Shown here in pieces: positions 54,789-64,000 of a stretch of 64,000 nt of DNA. The DNA lies in the NCBI GenBank assembly GCA_020632035.1, contig JACKGG010000002.1, positions 24,095-88,094 on the forward strand, read 5' to 3'. Both the position numbers and the translations under genes were made by a program. This stretch comes from Candidatus Nomurabacteria bacterium. GTDB taxonomy: Bacteria; Patescibacteriota; Minisyncoccia; Phycocordibacterales; UBA918. The notes beneath the pieces were generated by a model. It was not told where the DNA came from. It saw only the letters and a program-made list of their open reading frames with translations, and searched no databases. Position 1 is the first letter of the stretch. Each line of letters begins with the position of its first letter.

Positions 54789-55643
54789 CTAAGACATCTG
54801 TTGCACCTTAGTTTTGAGCTTCATTTTAGACAAAATAGTTTGGTAACCAAACACCAACAGAAAGATACAACCCTGCAAAAATACAATCGCTCCCCCAGTC
54901 GACACATCGTAGTAGTAGCTGGCGTATGATCCTGTTACTGAGCTAAATACACTCACGACAACTGCTATTTGTAGCATCACTGGAAAGCGTTTAGTAATAA
55001 GAAAAGCAGTAGAGCCTGGAGTAATAAGCATGGCGATAACCAAAATAATACCGACCGTCTGTAGTGAACCAGTAATTGTGATAGCTAGTAGGATTAAGAA
55101 TGCGTAGTGAATATAACGCACTCTCATACCAACAGACTGGGCGTGGACCACATCAAAACAAAAGACCAAGAAACTTCGCCTAAAGATAAGAATTATCGCG
55201 GCCACTAAGGTGAGTGTTCCGATGGTATAGATAGCAGCTTCGTCTGATATGCCAAGCAACTCTCCAAACAAAACGTGGGTTAGATCGATCGTACTAGTTA
55301 CTTTTGAGATCAATATGAGACCAAGGGCAAACATGGTGGTAAAAACGATCCCCATAATCGCGTCTTCCTTGATCTTGGTGTTAGTCTTAATTAGACCAAT
55401 CATCACGACCGCTAGAAGAGCAAAAAAGAAAGCTCCAATCGAGAACGGAATGCCGATTATATAAGCCACCACCACACCAGGCAAAACCGCGTGTGAAATA
55501 GCATCACCAAGGAGAGACCACCCTTTGAGAATAAGAAAACAAGAAAGTAACGCGCAAGCTGCCCCAACCACAATAGACACCACCACGGCTTTAAGCATGA
55601 AGGCGTACTGTAATGGTTCGACGATAAATTGAATAATGTCCAT
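54789..55643 (-). CDS. Metal (Zn/Mn) ABC transporter permease (ABC-3 family)
   Basis: About 8 TM helices, ZnuB/MntB-like. Start assigned to MDIIQF…, giving ATG/stop coupling with the upstream ATPase gene. Confidence 0.8.
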   Translation of the reverse strand: MDIIQFIVEPLQYAFMLKAVVVSIVVGAACALLSCFLILKGWSLLGDAISHAVLPGVVVAYIIGIPFSIGAFFFALLAVVMIGLIKTNTKIKEDAIMGIVFTTMFALGLILISKVTSTIDLTHVLFGELLGISDEAAIYTIGTLTLVAAIILIFRRSFLVFCFDVVHAQSVGMRVRYIHYAFLILLAITITGSLQTVGIILVIAMLITPGSTAFLITKRFPVMLQIAVVVSVFSSVTGSYASYYYDVSTGGAIVFLQGCIFLLVFGYQTILSKMKLKTKVQQMS

Positions 55644-55644
55644 A

Positions 55645-56385
55645 TTAATTATCAAATTTAAGATTATGCATAATACCGTCAAAAGTCTTAGATACTAGCT
55701 CTCTAGTGAAGACTTCTTTGGTTGGACCATATGCCACAATGGTCTTTCTTACTAGAGCCACCTGGTCGCAGATGTCGGGCAAGGAGGTAAGTTCGTGAGT
55801 CGCCAAAATTACTGTCTTCCCTTCATTTTTTAAATCAACCAGTAGTTTGGTCAGAGACTTTTCGCTGACCGCGTCTAAGCCAGCGAAAGGTTCATCTAAC
55901 AAAAGGATGTCGGCTCCTTGCGCTAGAGCTCGCGCAACAAACACTCGCTTCTTCTGTCCACCAGACAGCTCTCCTATCTGCCTGCCGACAAAGTCCATCA
56001 TATTCACTTTTGTCAGCGCGTTTTCTACGTACTCCCTGTCCTCTTTACTTGGAGTTTTAAATATATTTTGCAAACCAACTCTACCCATCATGACCACTTC
56101 ATAAACAGAGACTGGAAAATCCCAATCGACTAACTCGTTTTGTGGAACATATGCCACATGGCCATGCTTCTGAGATACTGAAGGCGGATCACCACATATC
56201 TCTACCCGGCCAGTAACTGGCTGAACAAGCCCCATGATCACCTTAAATAGGGTCGACTTCCCCGCGCCGTTCATTCCAATCACGCCCATCAGTATTCCGT
56301 AAGGAATATTCATTGAAGTATTTTCTAGTACAAAATTTCCGTCGTACTGAACACTCACATCATTTATCTCTATAGCGTTTACCAT
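55645..56385 (-). CDS. Metal ABC transporter ATP-binding protein
   Basis: Walker A GMNGAGKSTLFKVI, signature LSGGQKKRV, Walker B ILLLDEPFAGLD. Confidence 0.9.
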   Translation of the reverse strand: MVNAIEINDVSVQYDGNFVLENTSMNIPYGILMGVIGMNGAGKSTLFKVIMGLVQPVTGRVEICGDPPSVSQKHGHVAYVPQNELVDWDFPVSVYEVVMMGRVGLQNIFKTPSKEDREYVENALTKVNMMDFVGRQIGELSGGQKKRVFVARALAQGADILLLDEPFAGLDAVSEKSLTKLLVDLKNEGKTVILATHELTSLPDICDQVALVRKTIVAYGPTKEVFTRELVSKTFDGIMHNLKFDN

Positions 56386-56386
56386 A

Positions 56387-57340
56387 TTATTTAGTTAATC
56401 CACCAATTATAATTTCGGCTGAACTTTCCAATAATTTTAAATAGGTCGGCGCAGGTCCGTCTGCCAGTGAAAGAGAGTCGACATAAAGTGTCCCTCCTAG
56501 TCTGGCTCCTGTGGCATTGATCACTTCTTGTTGAATTTTTGGAGCGACGGTACTTTCGCAAAATACAGCTGGGATATTATTTTCACGTACTAAATCAATC
56601 ACCCTGGCTACGTCCTGTGGTGAACCGCCCGATTCGTCGTTAATTGCCCAGAGGTAGACCTCGTGCAAATCGTAGTCAGTTGCTAAGTAAGCAAAAGCGC
56701 CTTCACAAGTTACTAAATAACGATTGTTCTCAGGTAACGTAGCTAAAGACTCCCTAAGCCCAGTGTCGACTGCTTCTAGTTTTGCAATATAGGCAGCAGC
56801 GTTGGCATTATAATAATCTGCATTGTCTGGATCAACTTCAGCTAAAGCCTTACGAATATTTTCAATGTAGATCATCCCTTGTTTGGGAGACATCCAAGCG
56901 TGAGGGTTTGGCTTGCCTTCGTATGACCCCTCTTTGATTTCTCTTACTTCAACACCTTCGCTCACAATCACAGAAGGCATATCAGGCAAGCTAGCGCGCA
57001 GCTTCTTGGCCCAAAGCTCAAGGTTCAAACCATTTTCAAAGAATATGTGGGCTCTAGAAGCCTGGACCAAGTCACCCGGAGTGGTTTCGTAACCATGGAT
57101 CTCTGCTCCTGGTTTAGTAAGTGAAATTGACTCTACTTTGTCTCCACCTACTTCTCGGACCATATCAGCCAGGATTGTGAAGGTACTAAGGGCCACCAAC
57201 TTGTCCCCAGACTGATCATCAACACTAGAAATAGCCGACGCTCCAAAAGAAACACCGTTGGTAAAACCGCTACTTATGACAGACACGATCAATGCGCCTA
57301 TTAACACACCAAAAGCTCCAACTCCTACATTCTTCTTCAT
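56387..57340 (-). CDS. Metal ABC transporter substrate-binding protein (ZnuA/TroA cluster-9 family)
   Basis: Signal peptide MKKNVGVGAFGVLIGALIVS; metal-binding His/Asp pattern (…HGYETTPGD…, …NPHAWMSP…). Internal Met start chosen to avoid a 47-bp overlap with mntR. Confidence 0.8.
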   Translation of the reverse strand: MKKNVGVGAFGVLIGALIVSVISSGFTNGVSFGASAISSVDDQSGDKLVALSTFTILADMVREVGGDKVESISLTKPGAEIHGYETTPGDLVQASRAHIFFENGLNLELWAKKLRASLPDMPSVIVSEGVEVREIKEGSYEGKPNPHAWMSPKQGMIYIENIRKALAEVDPDNADYYNANAAAYIAKLEAVDTGLRESLATLPENNRYLVTCEGAFAYLATDYDLHEVYLWAINDESGGSPQDVARVIDLVRENNIPAVFCESTVAPKIQQEVINATGARLGGTLYVDSLSLADGPAPTYLKLLESSAEIIIGGLTK

Positions 57341-57365
57341 GATCTTTCTAATTCTTACTAATTTA

Positions 57366-57803
57366 TTAATTCCACTTTTTAACTTTCGGTATAGCTGATC
57401 CGTGAGGATCATTTTCTGGGTAATCTAGAAATTTTGCTAACTGCTGGATCACTTTGTCGCTAACTGCATGCTCCAAGCGGTGAGCCTCTTCATGCACTTC
57501 ATCCTTTGGGATCTTTAGCACAGTATTTAAAAACACTTCAATTAGTCTGTGTTTGTAGGTTAATTTTGTCCCTACCTCAACTCCGGCTTTGGTGAGAGTG
57601 ACTTCTGAATAAGGGTCGGCTATCACCAAACCATCTTGAACCAAATCTTTAAGCCTCTCCGATACTGTCGACTTGCTTAAACCTAGCTTGTCGGCAATCT
57701 GGGTCACGCCAACTTCGTCGATAGACTCTTGCAATATATAAATCGCTCTGATGTAGTCTTCTCTTGTCGCTGTTAGTGATTGCTGTTTGGAGATTGTTCG
57801 CAC
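57366..57803 (-). CDS. DtxR/MntR-family metal-dependent transcriptional repressor (GTG start)
   Basis: N-terminal winged HTH (…EDYIRAIYILQESIDEVGVTQIADKLGLSKSTVSERLKDL…) and metal-binding/dimerisation domain; first gene of the metal-uptake operon. Confidence 0.8.
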   Translation of the reverse strand: MRTISKQQSLTATREDYIRAIYILQESIDEVGVTQIADKLGLSKSTVSERLKDLVQDGLVIADPYSEVTLTKAGVEVGTKLTYKHRLIEVFLNTVLKIPKDEVHEEAHRLEHAVSDKVIQQLAKFLDYPENDPHGSAIPKVKKWN

Positions 57804-57812
57804 ATACGAACA
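57795..57812. promoter_or_regulatory. Palindrome overlapping the mntR start codon (candidate autoregulatory operator)
   Basis: tgttcg-cacata-cgaaca: perfect 6-bp inverted arms spanning the GTG start. Confidence 0.35.
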
Positions 57813-57962
57813 ATATACTAGATTAAAATTTTTTGCAACTTGTTGTCTGCTTATAAAAAACGTTTTTAAGATACCCAGTATTTAAATGTTGACCAAAATG
57901 ACGTTTTTTGACAATATCTAATTAGCTACAGTTATTTATATAGCCCACAAGGGGGATTTGCC

Positions 57963-58496
57963 ATGGAAAATTATAGTCAGAATTCTTCATGCACAACTTT
58001 ACTTCTGCTTCGTAATAATCAGCAAGACAGTTTTCTGGTTGTATCAAATCCGAACAAAAGAAAGCTTTACAATGAACGTCTGGCCATTCCTGGTGTAGAA
58101 AACTACATCTTATCTATTGAACCCGAAGACATGGTCTCCTGGATATCTATTAACTACTTTCAACTTGACCTAACAGTGAGTCAGGTTAAGTTGCTCTGTA
58201 CTTTAGATGATGGCGAAGAACAAGATGTCCATTTGTTTACCAACTGTGAGCCCATGCAAGAAATTGATGATTTGTTTGCAAATGCACACGATAATGGCAG
58301 TTACCAGATTATGACATTTCATCGGGCGGGTTTGCTGCACTGCGGCCTAGACCAATTACATCGTAAAATCCTAGCTGAAGACGCGAGGTTAATTAACCTA
58401 GCTGGTTCATCTTCAAGAAAGGTTGAACTTATGTGTGCCTACGCCAGTAGCGATCTTCGAACAAAGATGCTTGGCTATGCACCAAAACCACTTTAA
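57963..58496 (+). CDS. Hypothetical protein
   Basis: 177-aa ORF with a clean terminator downstream. No motifs recognised. Confidence 0.5.
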   Translation: MENYSQNSSCTTLLLLRNNQQDSFLVVSNPNKRKLYNERLAIPGVENYILSIEPEDMVSWISINYFQLDLTVSQVKLLCTLDDGEEQDVHLFTNCEPMQEIDDLFANAHDNGSYQIMTFHRAGLLHCGLDQLHRKILAEDARLINLAGSSSRKVELMCAYASSDLRTKMLGYAPKPL

Positions 58497-58513
58497 CCTT
58501 TAATAACTTAAGG

Positions 58514-58545
58514 GAAGGGCGCGAACAAGTTCGCGCCCTTTAATG
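58514..58545. terminator. Bidirectional hairpin terminator between convergent hypothetical genes
   Basis: Stem agggcgcgaac / gttcgcgccct followed by TTTAATGTTT. Confidence 0.6.
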
Positions 58546-58600
58546 TTTCTATTACAAAAAATTAAACCGCCTCAACAAATGGATTGCTGGACGGTGTGTA

Positions 58601-59224
58601 TTATAGTCCTTCTTTTTTTAGCTCAGCGATCTCATTTTCAACCCTCGCGAGAATCCTCGCAACCGAGTTGTAGGTCTGCTGAGCTGACTCAAAGTGAAAA
58701 ATGGTCATGTTGGCCACTGAAAGCCATTGGTGCTGGCTGAACAAAAACTCAGCCTTCTCCTGCGGTTTCTCACAGAAATCGACTTGAGAAAAGAATGAAT
58801 CAACGTTTTCACGATGCTTCATAAACATCTCTCTGAGTCGAGGCCAAATGATGCTGTTCAGGTTTTCATACAGGACGTCATAGAAGTCCTGTAGAAACTT
58901 ACTTGGCAACACTCCCTGGCTGGAGGCTTCTTCCATCATCTCGCAATAATGGTTGTAGTCTCTAGGGCCTCCACACCAAGCAATAATACTGTCCATGCCG
59001 CGTTCGGCATTTCTCCTTACATACCCGTCACCGGTGCAGTTGTACTTTATATCCTCGATTTCTCTCTGGTACCAACGTTTTGCCAAAACTTCAACACTGA
59101 TGAAGACTATCTGCAAAGGTGCGGGGTCGGCCTTGGGTACAAGTTTCAGAACATTTGGCACCCTACATTCTGGACCGATAGAAGAATCCGAATTGTTTTT
59201 TAAAAACTTTTGTTGTACGCCCAT
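58601..59224 (-). CDS. Hypothetical protein
   Basis: 207-aa ORF, soluble, with several Cys and Trp. No motifs recognised. Confidence 0.5.
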   Translation of the reverse strand: MGVQQKFLKNNSDSSIGPECRVPNVLKLVPKADPAPLQIVFISVEVLAKRWYQREIEDIKYNCTGDGYVRRNAERGMDSIIAWCGGPRDYNHYCEMMEEASSQGVLPSKFLQDFYDVLYENLNSIIWPRLREMFMKHRENVDSFFSQVDFCEKPQEKAEFLFSQHQWLSVANMTIFHFESAQQTYNSVARILARVENEIAELKKEGL

Positions 59225-59421
59225 TTTGTTCTCCTTTCCATAGTAAACTATGGATATCCAATTAATTTGGGGGTTTTACTCCCACTATTTCAATGGATTT
59301 GAAGTCGCGGGAGCGTTTTTGCTAAAGTACTTGTAGTGTTCAAAGTACCTATGTTTCATTTTATATAGTAGCATATTCTTGACAGACTGTCAATAATATT
59401 ACTCAAATAAATTCTTAGTTT

Positions 59422-61236
59422 TTACTCAACCGTCACTGATTTAGCTAGGTTTCTCGGTCTATCTACGTTTAAACCCTTCTCTACACCAATATAATAGGCT
59501 AATAATTGTAACGGTATGGTGCTAACAATTGGTTGGAGTATAGGGTGAACTTTGGGCACAAACAAGACATCGTCTGCTACTTCAGAAATATGTTTGTCCC
59601 CTTTCGTCGCAATTGCCAAAACTGGTGCTTTTCTAGCACGCACTTCTTCAATATTTGAAATCATTTTTTCATACACATCGTCTTGAGGTACGAGCGCTAC
59701 TATTGGAAAGTTTTCATCTAACATAGCGATCGAACCGTGCTTCAGTTCCCCAGCAGCATAAGCTTCCGCATGAATATAAGTAACTTCCTTGAGTTTTAGA
59801 GAACCTTCGTAAGCAATTGGAGCATGGAACTTGCGGCCAATAAACATCGCGTCCCTATAGCCAGCATATTTCTTGGCGACAGTTTTTATGTCTGAGGTGT
59901 TTTTTAAGTATTTTCTAATTAGGTCAGGCAGATTGTTGAGCTCTTCGACAATCTTTTTTCCCTCTTCGAGTGACATACCTCTTTCTCTAGCCAGCAGTAC
60001 GGTAAGTAGCACAAAAACCGTTAGTTGTGAGATGAAAGCCTTCGTTGAAGCAACTGCAATTTCTGGACCAGCGTGATTATATATACCAGCTTCAGTTTCT
60101 CTGGCGATCGTTGAACCAACTGCATTTACTATCCCTAGGGTCAAAATTCCTTGCTCTTTAGCGGAACGAACTGAAGCTAAAGTGTCGGCAGTTTCGCCCG
60201 ACTGAGTGACCACGATCACTGCGCTTTCTTTGTCTGGCAAATTTCTTTTATAGCGGTATTCACTACCAAGCTCCACTTCAGTTGGAAGGCCGGCATATTC
60301 TTCAAGCAAATAGCGCCCGACTTGCCCAGCATAGTAAGCCGAACCACAACCAACTATCATCAATCGACTAGCTGAAGTTAGTTTAGAAAATACACCATCC
60401 AGGCCGCCAAGCTTCACCTTGCCCTTACTTAAAATTTGGCGCCCGCGGATGGTGTTCTCTATCACTTCCGGTATCTCAAATATTTCTTTAAGCATAAAGT
60501 GATCGTAACCCTGCTTCTGAACTGCTTCTACTTCCAGCTCAACCGTTTCTGGAGTTTTGGTTAGCCTTTTTCCTTTAAGAGTTAGGATCTCATACGCATC
60601 TTTTGTAACAACGGCACATTCACCATCCTCAAGATAGACAACATCTTTTGTATGTGCCAAAAGAGCTGAGGGGTCGGATGAAATTAAATTCCCATCTATT
60701 CCTAAGCCAATGACTACCGGGCTCCCTAGCCTAGCGGTAACAATTTTATCAGAGTGATGCGTTGAGGTGACGATGATTCCGTAGGTACCGCGAACTAATG
60801 AGAGAGAATCTTGGACCGCCTTTAGCAGATCGCCCTGATAAAGAGTCCCAATTAATTTAGCGAGAACTTCTGTGTCGGTCTCCGAATCAAATTTGATTCC
60901 TTGACTAATTAGACCCTCTCTTAACTCACGGAAATTTTCAATTATGCCATTGTGAGCTAGGGCAATAGAGCCAGACATGTCTAAGTGTGGATGAGCATTA
61001 GCTTCGGTTGGAGCTCCATGAGTAGCCCAGCGTGTGTGTGCGATACCAGTAGTACCGGGAATACTTTCAGCAAATTTAGCAGCTAGATTATCTATTGGTC
61101 CAACTGCTTTAACGGGAGAATGTCCGGGAACATAAATACCAGCCGAATCATAACCTCGATACTCTAAAGTGCGCAGACCATCGAGTAAGATTGGTACGGC
61201 TGTTCTGCTTCCAACATATCCGATAATTCCACACAT
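59422..61236 (-). CDS. glmS: Glutamine--fructose-6-phosphate aminotransferase
   Basis: N-terminal MCGIIGYVGS (Ntn amidotransferase Cys), two SIS domains, C-terminal …NLAKSVTVE. Confidence 0.95.
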   Translation of the reverse strand: MCGIIGYVGSRTAVPILLDGLRTLEYRGYDSAGIYVPGHSPVKAVGPIDNLAAKFAESIPGTTGIAHTRWATHGAPTEANAHPHLDMSGSIALAHNGIIENFRELREGLISQGIKFDSETDTEVLAKLIGTLYQGDLLKAVQDSLSLVRGTYGIIVTSTHHSDKIVTARLGSPVVIGLGIDGNLISSDPSALLAHTKDVVYLEDGECAVVTKDAYEILTLKGKRLTKTPETVELEVEAVQKQGYDHFMLKEIFEIPEVIENTIRGRQILSKGKVKLGGLDGVFSKLTSASRLMIVGCGSAYYAGQVGRYLLEEYAGLPTEVELGSEYRYKRNLPDKESAVIVVTQSGETADTLASVRSAKEQGILTLGIVNAVGSTIARETEAGIYNHAGPEIAVASTKAFISQLTVFVLLTVLLARERGMSLEEGKKIVEELNNLPDLIRKYLKNTSDIKTVAKKYAGYRDAMFIGRKFHAPIAYEGSLKLKEVTYIHAEAYAAGELKHGSIAMLDENFPIVALVPQDDVYEKMISNIEEVRARKAPVLAIATKGDKHISEVADDVLFVPKVHPILQPIVSTIPLQLLAYYIGVEKGLNVDRPRNLAKSVTVE

Positions 61237-61316
61237 GGTAACCTTAACTTATTATAGCGTATATGCTATGTATTACATCTGTTACAGTGTAAAAGTTTCG
61301 CGGTATACTTTCATCT

Positions 61317-62468
61317 ATGAATCACACGAAGGATCTTATCAAGAGTATCAAAACTAACCTTACCGATGACACTCGCTTTTTTTGGCTACGAATTGTTGCG
61401 GTTATCGGACTACTGTCTAGCCTACTTCTCTCTGCTCCGGCCTGGTCTCCTGAGCGAACCTTTCCACTTAGTCCAATCATAACTAGACTAACCATGCTTC
61501 CAGCTTCGCAAGATGCGCTTTTTTTACTTGTGCTTGTTTCACTTACTGCTGGCTTATTCCGCACCAACTTTAGAAAATATTTATTAAGTACTGGTCTAGT
61601 TGCCCTTCTCTTACTCCTCCTCTTAGACATAACTCGTCTGCAACCCTGGGTCTTACATTACTGTGCTGTTTTATTTCTATTTAGTAGTCTCATTGATAAA
61701 GACATTACTTCTTCTAAAATTCTTGATGCTTCACGCCTTATTGTCGGGGGAATATATTTTTGGAGCGGACTACAGAAACTGAATTACTATTTCTTTACAA
61801 CTACTTTCCCTTGGTTTACTGAGCATCTATGGCTGCCTTTTGGAGATGCTGGCAGTACATTGGCTATCTTTGCTTCTTTCTTTGTTCCTTTTATAGAAAT
61901 GACGTTGGCGATTGGCTTGTTTACAAAACGCTTCCGAAAACTTTCAGTTTTTGGAAGCGCTTTGATGTTACTTCTTGTACTCATAAGCCTCGGACCAACT
62001 GGTCACAACTGGAACAGCGCGGTCTGGCCCTGGAACATAGCCATTTTTGGTATGGTCTTTCTCCTTTTCTTCAACACAAATTTTTCCCTACCTGAGTTCA
62101 TAGTTAGACTTAAAGGTAACCTAGTGGCCTATGTGATGATTTTTACTTTCTGGGTTGTCCCGGCCGGAAACCTGGTTGGCTTTACCGACAACTACCTAGC
62201 CTGGTCGCTTTATTCGGGGAAAGTGCCTGAAGCCTCCATCTTAGGCAACCATAGCTTCCTGGCCACATTATCTCCAAAAACTGAGGGTGGTGAACTGAGG
62301 TTTGTTGCGTGGACACTAGACAGTATGAACTTAGTTCCCTATCCAGAAAATCGAGTTTTTATTGATGTCTTTGAAAACATCTGCAACAAATACACAGCTC
62401 AACCAATGACTCTAGTGATTGAAGAGAAAAAGCACCAGCGATTATATAAGTGCAACGGGGTTGACTAG
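61317..62468 (+). CDS. Hypothetical polytopic membrane protein (about 9 TM)
   Basis: 383 aa, mostly hydrophobic helices with a Cys-containing C-terminal region. No family recognised. Confidence 0.55.
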   Translation: MNHTKDLIKSIKTNLTDDTRFFWLRIVAVIGLLSSLLLSAPAWSPERTFPLSPIITRLTMLPASQDALFLLVLVSLTAGLFRTNFRKYLLSTGLVALLLLLLLDITRLQPWVLHYCAVLFLFSSLIDKDITSSKILDASRLIVGGIYFWSGLQKLNYYFFTTTFPWFTEHLWLPFGDAGSTLAIFASFFVPFIEMTLAIGLFTKRFRKLSVFGSALMLLLVLISLGPTGHNWNSAVWPWNIAIFGMVFLLFFNTNFSLPEFIVRLKGNLVAYVMIFTFWVVPAGNLVGFTDNYLAWSLYSGKVPEASILGNHSFLATLSPKTEGGELRFVAWTLDSMNLVPYPENRVFIDVFENICNKYTAQPMTLVIEEKKHQRLYKCNGVD

Positions 62469-64000
62469 TCTTCCAGCACGAATCCTCCGGCTTGGTGGTT
62501 CCACAGTCTTTCGTAAGTTCCGCCAGCTTTTGAAAGCTTATTATGTTCACCGTCTTCAATAATTTTTCCATTTTCCATCACGATTATTCGGTCCATCTTT
62601 CGTAAGGTCGAGAGTCGGTGTGCAATAGCGATAACCGTCCGGCCCTCCATCAGGGTCTCCAAAGCCTTTTGGATCGCCACTTCACTTTCACTATCAAGAG
62701 CTGAGGTGGCTTCGTCTAGCACAAGAATAGGGGCATCTTTTAGCATGGCTCTTGCTATCGCTACCCGTTGTTTCTGCCCGCCCGAGAGCTTTACCCCTCT
62801 CTCACCCACCATAGTCTCAAACCCTTCAGGTAGCGACATTATGAAATCATAAGCCTGAGCTTTCTTGGCTACCTCAATCAATTCTTCTTCGGTAGCTGAA
62901 GGTTTTCCATAAGCGATGTTTTCTCTAATAGAGCGGTGGAAGAGGGCCGGCTCTTGTGGTACTACGGCAATATTTTGTCGTAAAGAATCTTGAGTGACTT
63001 TTGAAATATCCTGCCCATCAATCTCAATCGAGCCGGCCGTAATATCATGCTGTCTGAGCATAAGTGAAACAAAAGTTGATTTACCGGCTCCCGACCTCCC
63101 TACCAAACCAAGTCTCTGACCTCTGGGTATATTTAAATCAAAGTCAGTAAATACCGGCTGACCTTCAAACCGAAATCTAACTTGTTTCCAAGCAATTGTC
63201 GCTCCATCAGTTAACAAGGTAGGCGCTTCTCTAGCATCAATTATTTCAATTGGCACACTAAGCTCATTGAGTCCTTCTTTAATTTCTCCAATCCCTTTTG
63301 CGGTCTCGTTAAATGCTCGACCGATGAATACCAACATACCCGTAATCTGTGAATAAAGAGCCATAACGAGAACCAAGTCACCAGTAGAAACACTCCCTTG
63401 CTTCCACTCATTCAACAAGACCCAGAACATGATCAAGGCAAACACAAGTAATATGACTCCGTTCCAAAGTCGTGTTGCCTCAGAGTACATCCAACTTCTT
63501 CTATTTTTCAGATAGAGATCTGACGACAACTCTTTCATTCTTTCTTCTTCAAGAGAAAAGTTCACATATTGTCTAACTGCCTGCACATTAGTAATCACAT
63601 CTATTAATCTTGCTCTGTAGACAGTAGCAGCTTCTGCAGATTCCATAGAATAAAGAGATTTTGTTTTAGCTAGTCTATTGTTATAAATAAATAATACAAT
63701 AACAAGTACTAGGAAAATAAGGGTAGATTTTGGATCGACCATCATTAAAAATCCCATTGTAATGAGCAATGACATTATTGCTGTGAGATGCGACCATAGA
63801 AAATCTGGTATGAGACTATCAAATGCACTATTGATGTTATTAATCTTACTTAGAAGTGAACCTGCAAAACGATTGGAAAAGTATGAGTGACTGTGTCTCA
63901 AAATGTACTTTGAAAGCACGTCATAACTATACTTTTTGACCCCCACAACCCATTTTGATCCAGCATAGCCACTCAATCGGAATATAGTTTCGCCGATGAA
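62465..64000 (-). CDS. ABC exporter (fused TMD-NBD, MsbA/ABCB-like); 5' end beyond window
   Basis: C-terminal NBD with Walker A GRSGAGKST, signature LSGGQKQRV and Walker B ILVLDEATSALD; N-terminal TM helices. The reading frame is still open at nt 64000. Confidence 0.85.
   Translation of the reverse strand, partial: FIGETIFRLSGYAGSKWVVGVKKYSYDVLSKYILRHSHSYFSNRFAGSLLSKINNINSAFDSLIPDFLWSHLTAIMSLLITMGFLMMVDPKSTLIFLVLVIVLFIYNNRLAKTKSLYSMESAEAATVYRARLIDVITNVQAVRQYVNFSLEEERMKELSSDLYLKNRRSWMYSEATRLWNGVILLVFALIMFWVLLNEWKQGSVSTGDLVLVMALYSQITGMLVFIGRAFNETAKGIGEIKEGLNELSVPIEIIDAREAPTLLTDGATIAWKQVRFRFEGQPVFTDFDLNIPRGQRLGLVGRSGAGKSTFVSLMLRQHDITAGSIEIDGQDISKVTQDSLRQNIAVVPQEPALFHRSIRENIAYGKPSATEEELIEVAKKAQAYDFIMSLPEGFETMVGERGVKLSGGQKQRVAIARAMLKDAPILVLDEATSALDSESEVAIQKALETLMEGRTVIAIAHRLSTLRKMDRIIVMENGKIIEDGEHNKLSKAGGTYERLWNHQAGGFVLED

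Overview
This 64-kb window looks like a small, streamlined bacterial genome of the Candidate Phyla Radiation / Patescibacteria type. That placement is an inference from gene content and gene lengths.

Core genes called from the ORF translations:
- Translation and tRNA: serS, pth, hisS-like, rpsA, rpsU, infB (short form), rbfA, miaA, trhO, ybeY.
- DNA: dprA-topA, gyrA, parB-like.
- Division and envelope: an ftsQ-like fragment at the window start, ftsA, ftsZ, ddl, glmS, lepB.
- Stress and redox: clpB, a short rel/spoT homologue, iscS-like, trxB.
- Transport: an mntR-znuABC metal-uptake operon, a VIT-family transporter, an MFS transporter and an ABC exporter.

Eight tRNA genes were folded by hand: Leu-CAA, Trp, Tyr, Cys, Leu-TAA, Lys, Leu-TAG and Glu.

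The most unusual content is a family of 130-155-bp structured elements inserted directly 3' of at least four tRNA genes, often in tandem. Each unit begins with a terminator-like hairpin, carries a segment complementary to the tRNA T-arm, has a conserved core of two hairpins that show compensatory base changes between loci, and ends in a locus-specific copy of that tRNA's T-loop and 3' acceptor end. No integrase gene is present in the window.

Other notable features:
- A cluster of seven paralogous small two-helix secreted proteins with conjugative-pilin-like topology (VirB2/TrbC-like), plus Cys-rich and Gly/Pro-repeat fusions.
- A 970-bp non-coding region with a perfect 25-bp inverted repeat, a T7-promoter-like 13-mer, GC-rich tandem repeats and two small ORFs.
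- Several long perfect palindromes in promoter regions.
- A 1227-aa acidic protein of unknown function.
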